Assembly: GCA_001643675.2 (NCBI GenBank)
Contig: LSRY02000049.1
Coordinates: 62,001 to 126,000, forward strand
Source: Monocercomonoides exilis PA203
Lineage: Eukaryota; Protista; Preaxostyla
Reading direction: 5' to 3'
DNA: 64,000 nt
The translations under genes were made by a program, and so were the position numbers. Each line of letters starts with the position of its first letter. The first letter of the stretch is position 1. The notes under the pieces are model-generated. The model had not been told where the DNA came from and searched no databases. It saw only the letters and a list, made by a program, of their open reading frames with translations. Shown here piece after piece: positions 56,985 to 64,000 of the stretch.

Positions 56985-58823
56985 TTATTGCTCAGTTGGA
57001 GTGCTCTTCTCGCTGCTAGCGTTGCTAGTGCTTGTGCTATTGCTGCTGCTATTGCTAGGTTGAGCTTCTCCTGATGTTGACTGCTGTTGTTGCATCATGT
57101 ATTGTGATTGCTCCATTCCTGAGGCTGGGCTGCTTGATGGTGCTGCTCCTGGCATGGCTCCTTGCATTGGTGGATACTGTGAATAATATTGTTGTGGATA
57201 ATGCTCAAATCCAGGTTGTCCAGAAGGTGGCATGCTTGGTTGTTCTCCGCTTGATGCTCCGGTTCCTGCAGGGGCAGGTTGTCCAGAAGGCATGGGCATT
57301 CCTGATGGAGGTGGTGCACCACCAGCTGGTGCTCCTTGTTGATGGGCCATTTGTTGTTGGTAAAATTGAAAGGCCATGTACTCAGGGTATGAATATTGAG
57401 CAGAAGATCCTGGAGCTGGAGGAAGTGATCCGCCTGGTGCTCCAGGAGCAGCTGGTGCAGAAGGTGCTGCGGGCATTCCGAATGGTGGTGGAGGTGGCAT
57501 CGTACCTGGCATAGGATAATATCCTGGAATGCCAGCTGCCATCTGCTGGGGATATGCTGATGGTGGATATGAAGGAGGTTGTGCCTGTGATGGATCTGAT
57601 GGATATCCAACTCCATATTGTCCACCTGGAAATCCTGCACCATAACCTCCGCGCCCGCCTCCTCGTCCTCCTCTGAACCCTCCGCCTCTTCCACGTCCTT
57701 CACCTGCGTTCTTTTCTGTTTTGAATGAAACTTGAAGAGTTTTCCCTCCAACTCCAACGCTAGCTCCATTCAATGCATTGATTGCTCCTGCAGCTTGTTC
57801 AAATGTTTTATATGTAACGAATGCAAACTGCTTTTTCTGTCCTGTTTCAGTTGTTGGAACAGTCAATCGCAATATTTCTCCATATTGAGCAAAGTAAGCC
57901 CTCACCCAATCATCAGGCTCTTCAGTTGGGATTCCATAAACAAACAGAGTGTAGGAGCCATCTCCGCCTGCTCTGGCGCCTCCCATGCTTCCTCTTCCAG
58001 ATTCTCCTTCTCCTCTTCCTGAACCTCCTTTTCTCGAAAGTCTATCGGTCGTACTTTCAATTTTCACTGTTAAAGTTTTTCCCATATAAACTTGGCCATT
58101 CAAAGCATGAACAGCAGCTACAGCTTCAGAATGTTGGGACATCCTCACAAATCCAACGCAACGTGAACGTCCTGTTTGATCCTTCAAAATGTTGGAAGTA
58201 ATAATTGTTCCAAATGGTCTGAACAATTGCTCCAATCCTTCAATATTCAAATCTTGGTGCAACCCTGAAACGTACATGTTGGCATTCTTAATTTCGGGTG
58301 ATGGATTTCTTGCGTAACTGACTTTCAACACTTTGTTTTCGATTTGTCTTCTATTCAAATTGTGGATGGCAAATTCTGCTTCCTCTGGTAATGTGTATTC
58401 GATGAATCCATAACCCAATGATGCTCCGGCTAATTTTTAAAGAAAAAATAAATCACTACATCAATATATTGTTTCAAACTTTTTTTGTTTGTAACAAGCT
58501 TATAACTTGTAATTGTTCCGTATGGTGCAAAAAGGCTTCTAAATCCATCAGCGGTCAAGCTCGATGGCAAATAATTAACAATTAAGCGACACGGGTTGGC
58601 TGGTGCTGCAACGTGGCAGATATATTTTTTAATGATAAAAAAAGTTTAATAATTATTGTATAAATAGAATTCGAATTGATCAAAAAAGGCAAAGACCTTC
58701 CACAGCTTGAGAGGTACCCCACGTTTGTGGTGGGGTTGGAGAGCCTGAAAAGCGTGTATCAATTCCAGGAGGAGGGGCAGCATATGTAGTAGAATTTGTC
58801 ATTTGCGCAGGATCTGTCGACAT
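56985..58823 (-). CDS. ELAV/Hu/Sex-lethal-like RNA-binding protein: 3 RRMs, RGG box and P/Q/Y/G-rich tail (3 exons)
   Basis: RLIVNYLP, TGASLGYGFIEY, KVLKVSYARNPSPEIKNANMYVSGL (ELAV RRM1-2 signature), SRCVGFVR, third RRM LFVYGIP..FAFVTY..LQVSFKT. Confidence 0.92.
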
Positions 58824-59001
58824 TAAGAACAATGATCGATTATTGATCGTAACCATACAATGTAACAACTTTGAATATTTGTATTATGATGATAAATATT
58901 AATCTAATATGCAAGCTGATACAAGAATGTTTGTTATATTTAACTTCTCAATGATTTTTCAAACAATATACGATTGGGTTAGATCACAATCTTAAACAAA
59001 A
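58824..59001. promoter_or_regulatory. Putative compact bidirectional promoter (ELAV-like / CCT7)
   Basis: Head-to-head ATGs at 58823 (-) and 59002 (+). Confidence 0.55.
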
Positions 59002-60940
59002 ATGGCAACCAGAGGCGTTCCACAGATTCCATTTGGAGTTCAGCCAAAAATTATTTTACTGCGCGAAGGGACAGATACCTCTCAAGGTATTCCCCAGCTT
59101 ATTCACAACATCAATGTTTGTGAATCATTGGCCGCAATGATCAAATCAACCCTTGGTCCACGTGGGCTTGACAAAATGATTGTTACCCAGCAAGGAAAAT
59201 CTACTATTACTAACGATGGAGCGACCATCGTTCGTTTGCTTAATCCTGAGGAACCTGTGGCAAGAACGCTTGCGGATATTGCGCTTTCACAAGATGCAGA
59301 GGTTTATTAAGAATTTAAACATTGCATATGTAGACATTAGATTTCTGTTCAATTTTGTTTTCTGTTCTTATATTTTAAATAGATCGGTGATGGTACAACA
59401 TCTGTGCTTCTTTTAGCAACTTCATTTTTAAAAGGTGCAAAGTCATACATTGAAGAGGGCGTTTCACCTCAAATTATAATTAGAGCATTTCACAGAGCAT
59501 GTGCAGAAGCAAGAAAGCATATGGAAGAAATGAAGCATTCCGTTCAAGGCAAAACAAAGGAGTATGCACTTTTTATTTTCAAATTTGAAAAGTCAATTCA
59601 AAATTTTCAGGGAGGCTGATGACATGCTTTACAAGGTTGCTGTCACTGCAATGAACAGCAAATTAATTGCCCCTTACAAAAAACATTTTGGTGAAATTGT
59701 TGTTGGAGCCGTGAAATCACTTGATGAAAGCTTACCGTTGGATATGATTGGAATCAAGCAAGTTGTTGGTGGAGCAATGGAAGACTCTGAATTAGTTCGT
59801 GGCGTTGCTTTCAAGAAAACCTTTTCATATGCTGGATTTGAACAACAACCAAAGAAGATTCCAAATCCAAAGGTAATTTTGTTGAATGTTGAATTGGAAT
59901 TGAAAAATGAGAATACAAAAGCAGAACTGCATATTAAAGACCCAGCGGAATATCAAGCTTTTGTTGATGCAGAATGGAAAATTATTTTCAAGAAATTGGA
60001 TCAAATTATTGAAACTGGAGCAAACATTGTTCTTTCTCGTCTTGCCATTGGCGATCTTGCAACTCAGTACTTTGCAGATCGCAACATATTCTGCGCTGGA
60101 CGTGTTGCACAAGAGGTTTCCTCATTAATACTTGAAAATTCGAATAATAACTTTTCTTTAACATTCTTATTTTTTATTATTCCATTTTTTGAAAAAATTA
60201 AATATTATTCATGATGATGATACATCAAAATATTTTAGGATCTTGAACGCACTTCAAAAGCTCTTGGCATTACCATTCAGAGCACAACAAATGATCTTCC
60301 TGCTTCGTGTGTTGGAACATGTGACTTGTTTGAAGAGAAACAAGTTGGAGGTGAAAGATTCAACTATTTCACTGGATGCCCAAAGGCAAAAACCGCCACA
60401 ATTGTTCTTCGAGGAGGTGCAACAAAATTCCTGGAAGAAATGGAAAGATCTGTTCACGATGCAATTATGGTTGTGCGCAGAACGATTAAGCATTCTGCTG
60501 TGCTTCCTGGTGCTGGAGCGATTGAGATGGAACTGAGCAAACGTTTGAGAGATTTTGCAATCACAATTCCTGGAAAGGAGCAGCTGATAATTGGAGCTTA
60601 TGCAGCAGCACTTGAAGTTATTCCCAGACAATTGGTGGAAAATGCAGGATTCGATTCAACAACGGTTGTTGAGAAGTTGAGAGCAGCACATCATAAGGGT
60701 GAAAAATCAATGGGAGTCGACATCAGCGAGGAAGGAATTTTGGATGCATTTGAGAGTTGCATCTGGGAACCTGCATCAATGAAGATCAATGCAATCAGTG
60801 CTGCAACAGAAGCAGCTTGCTTAGTACTGTCAATTGATGAGACAATCAAAAGTGCACAGTCAGAACAGCCTGGATCTCAAGTGAGAAGTCTTGCCGCAAA
60901 ATCAAGAGGTAGAGGAAGAGGTGGCATTGCAAGGATGTAA
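59002..60940 (+). CDS. CCT7: T-complex protein 1 subunit eta (4 exons)
   Basis: [86 protein letters not shown]-terminal RGRGRG. Confidence 0.98.
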
Positions 60941-61484
60941 AAGCCATCATTTGATTCAAACTTTCTCAAGCTCATATTATCACTTTCACCATTTATTTAC
61001 TTAGTGTTAACATAACTTGTAGATTTTTACGAATAATCTTCATCTCAAATTCTTTTCATATATTTTGCACTTCCAGTAACAACCATTCCATTAAATATTA
61101 TATGTTTCACATGAATCATGTGTAATTCTGTCTTTTTCAAAGCAATTTTAAGTGATACAACTGACTGATTGTTTTATTGAGTAATCTGATGTTTTGCAAC
61201 ATCATCTTTTATTAATAAATTAAAATTGAATATTATTCTTCCTTTGAATAGAGTTTTAGTAATAACCTTGATCTGGGATGAGACTTAAGGACTTTGTTTC
61301 TGAGGTTTGAACAATCTTTTCATTTTATTCTTTAAAACAAAAGAAATGATTTATTCGAAAATCACGATTATAATTATCGTCACAAAAATATCCTAATCAA
61401 AAAGAAGATATTTCTCTTTTTTTTTAAAGAGAAGATTAAATTTAAAAAATAAAAAAATATAAGAAATATTACAATGAGTGCTTT

Positions 61485-61516
61485 ACCCGATCCAAGTGCA
61501 AAACCCGATCCAAGTG
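61485..61516 (+). repeat. 14-bp direct repeat ACCCGATCCAAGTG x2, putative transposase-binding sites in the TIR
   Basis: acccgatccaagtg caaa acccgatccaagtg. Confidence 0.8.
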
Positions 61517-62107
61517 AGCAGTTGAATTTTTAGAAAAAATATATTTTTGCTTTTCAGAGAAGTTTACCAACCTCGAAAATGCGAAAAACAAGTTTGTTTG
61601 AGTATTATATTTTACTCCATTTTTTATAACTTCTGAAAATTTGGTTTTTTGAAACTAGTTCGGAAATGAACATTTTCGATTTTAAAGGAAAAAAGGATAA
61701 AATAACAAATCAAAAAAATATCTGAGTGCTTGCTTTTTAATCAAAGTTCAAAGATTCATATAATTTTTAATGATTCGAAATATTCAAAATTGTATTTTCC
61801 ATTTTCATTTTCTGATCTAACCCTTTTATATGTGAAAAACAAATAGAAGGTTCTGCATCTTCCTTGAAAGGTGTTTGTAATAGTTATTTCTTATGCTTTT
61901 TTATGAGAAATTGCTCTATTTATTAATATTCGTTGGAAATGTCGCTTATTTGTTCTTCTGCGTTTGAATTGTTTTTTCTAATCAAAAATTGTAAATATTT
62001 TTTTTGGATAGGGTGATTTTTTTATCCGGACATAATTTTTATTTTTAGATAAAAAATAAATATTTTTTTATAAATCGCATGTTGAAATTTTCGAAAAAAT
62101 GCAACAA

Positions 62108-63705
62108 TCAATAGTAAATATAATCCATCAATTCTCTTTTAATAATTTTTCTGGTATTTCTTCGTTCATTATCATCTTCGAAATCATCATCTTTTAAAAT
62201 TTGGGATTTCGATAGTTTTCTTTTTTTCGGCTTCTCTTCAGAAAACAAATCTTTTTCAATTTTTTCTTCAGCAGAATCATCAATTTTCTTTTCCTCTTTC
62301 ATCTTTTTGTATGCTTTCCATTCATCTAAAAATGCTTGGTCGGATATATTTTTTCCATGGAAATTGAAACGATGGGATTTTTTTTTCAGCTGAACAGAAG
62401 GAGTGTCAGGTAACTTCATCAATACGGAATTGGACTGCCCAGACAACACGCCGCTCTTTTCAAATGCAGAGTGAATTGTTGAAGGAAGCAATGCAGTTTT
62501 CAAAGCCTGTGGCAAGGCATTTGCAACTGCTTTTCGTCTGAGTGCGATCGAAGAAGATGATGGAACAACATAGTTTGAATTGAAACATCTTTTAAACACA
62601 GCAAAAACTCCGCAGTCAAGTGGCTGTGTGAGATGAGTACTGTGTGGAATAAATGTAACAACGTCAATTGATTCATCTGCAAATTTTTGCCATAGATCTG
62701 GCTGTGCTCTTGAAGGATGAGAATCCAAGAGAAGCAAGCATCTTTTTTCGTTCATTTCCAGCAATTTTCTTCTTTGGACAATTCCAGGTAGTAGTATCTC
62801 TTCAGCATAGCGAGCAAACAATGCATCTGTCATCCATCCATCATTATCTGCCCATGCGTGAAGCTGCGGGCTGAGCAAGACCTTCATTTCTTGTGGAAGT
62901 TTTTTAGATGGCCAAAGAACAAGGCTTGGCAAAGAATAACCATCAGCAGCAACTGCAACCACAAGAGTTGAGTTTGGCATGTTGATTGGTGTCTTGGAAA
63001 ACCCGACTGGAACATCTGAAGGATGAACGGCTAGTTGTTTTGTGGTGTCGGAAAGGCGCAAAGAGGATTCGTCGGTGTTGAAGATGAGAGAAGGAGAGTA
63101 TTTGTGAGAATCATGAAGTGATTGCAGAAGAGAGAAGAAAGGTTGAAGAGACTGTTTGTTTGATACCGATAATCGTTGAATATCAACGTTATGAGGAATG
63201 GATGTCTTTAGGTCTGGATTTCGTTTAACGAATGAATACGGAGTTGATTTTGAAATTTTAACTTCTTGATCTTCTTCTTCTCCACTTCGAATTTTTCTAT
63301 CAGTTAGCACTGATTCCATCTTTAATTATTATAAACAGTAAATATTTATTTGAAATAAATAAAAATGCAAACCAATCTTTTTGTTTGAGTTAAAGAATAA
63401 CTCACTCCTGTCATGCTTTCAATTCTGATAACTCCGGTTATCACTTCTTTGTCTTCTTTCGTGAACAGCTCTGGCCGACCAACTTTTCCCACGGTTCTTC
63501 CCTTTTCAACGGCAGTTACAGCTCGGTTTATCGATGAACGAGAGAATTCATTCAGATTAGCAGCGTCGGTAACACGGCATTTTCCGTCAGCAATTATTGT
63601 GGCAATACGTACTAATCGATTTTTAATTTGACGATACTCGAAAGATTTCATCAAATCTCTTAATTTCGTTAGTCCAATTTCTTTTCTTTGTTTCACTGCG
63701 CTCAT
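62108..63705 (-). CDS. DDE_1 family (pogo/CENP-B-like) transposase, DD35D (2 exons)
   Basis: HTH exon 63705-63373 (VTDAANLNEFSRSSINRA..VGRPELF), phase-0 GT-AG intron, then exon 63319-62108 with IFNTDES, GWMT, LLLLDSHPSR and PHSTHLTQPLDCGVF; 35 residues lie between the 2nd and 3rd Asp. Confidence 0.93.
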
Positions 63706-63816
63706 ACAAATAAAGTAATGGTTATGATCTTTTTTTATTTTTAGAAAAAAATTTTTTTTGAAATGAAAAAAAACCAAAAAAATTTATTGGATTAAATTCT
63801 AACTTAGTAATACCCC

Positions 63817-63915
63817 TTGCTATGACCTAATCTCCTCAGGGGAGGCACAAATCAGAGATGGAGGAGCTAACCCCCCCATCTCCCCCCCCCCCCCATCAGA
63901 GATTAGGTATAGTAA
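63817..63915. other. GC-rich nested inverted-repeat (stem-loop) element with poly(C) tracts upstream of the transposase
   Basis: acctaatctc (63825-63834) / gagattaggt (63899-63908) perfect IR; inner gagatgg (63855-63861) / ccatctc (63876-63882); runs of 7 and about 13 C. Confidence 0.75.
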
Positions 63916-64000
63916 TTTAATCTTAATTTCGAACTGTTGACTTTTCCTTATATATTAAAAATATGATAAAATATCCAAAAAGTGGGAAGAAATAATTCAT

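Larger units (their letters stand above)
61477..64000 (-). mobile_element. pogo/Fot1-like (Tc1/mariner superfamily) DNA transposon; other end beyond the window
   Basis: DDE_1 transposase gene plus a terminal-type direct repeat ACCCGATCCAAGTG x2 at ~61485-61516; the exact terminus and TSD are unresolved. Confidence 0.8.

Noticed and set aside
63817-63915. Hammerhead ribozyme (CUGAUG next to a stem on the minus strand)
   Set aside because: The CUGAUGA and GAAA core is incomplete

Overview
Intron-rich eukaryotic genomic DNA using the standard genetic code. AT-rich intergenic DNA, many short GT-AG introns, poly-Ser/poly-Glu low-complexity proteins and a SPRY-like domain family point to an oxymonad (Monocercomonoides-like) genome; this is inference. 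About 16 genes are present: partial GH31 alpha-glucosidase, AIG1/rolling-stone-like membrane protein, NEK-like kinase with ARM tail, IQ/coiled-coil protein, RPL4, RCC1-repeat protein, importin-alpha-like protein, UBA1, TTLL1, acylated double SPRY-like protein, giant GRAM-VASt (LAM/Aster-like) protein, HACD/PHS1-like protein, CK2beta, RPB2, ELAV-like RRM protein and CCT7. There is also a stop-riddled VPS13-like pseudogene, a CGAC-rich putative transposon-end relic, and an intact-looking pogo/Fot1-like DD35D transposon running off the right end. No clear-cut new multi-gene system was found. The best leads are the HACD-like probable pseudoenzyme (missed by the ORF track), the oversized two-TM GRAM-VASt protein, a structured GC-rich element upstream of the transposase, the unusual splice-site grammar with microexons, and the H1-like RPL4 tail. 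Exon boundaries were inferred by eye.
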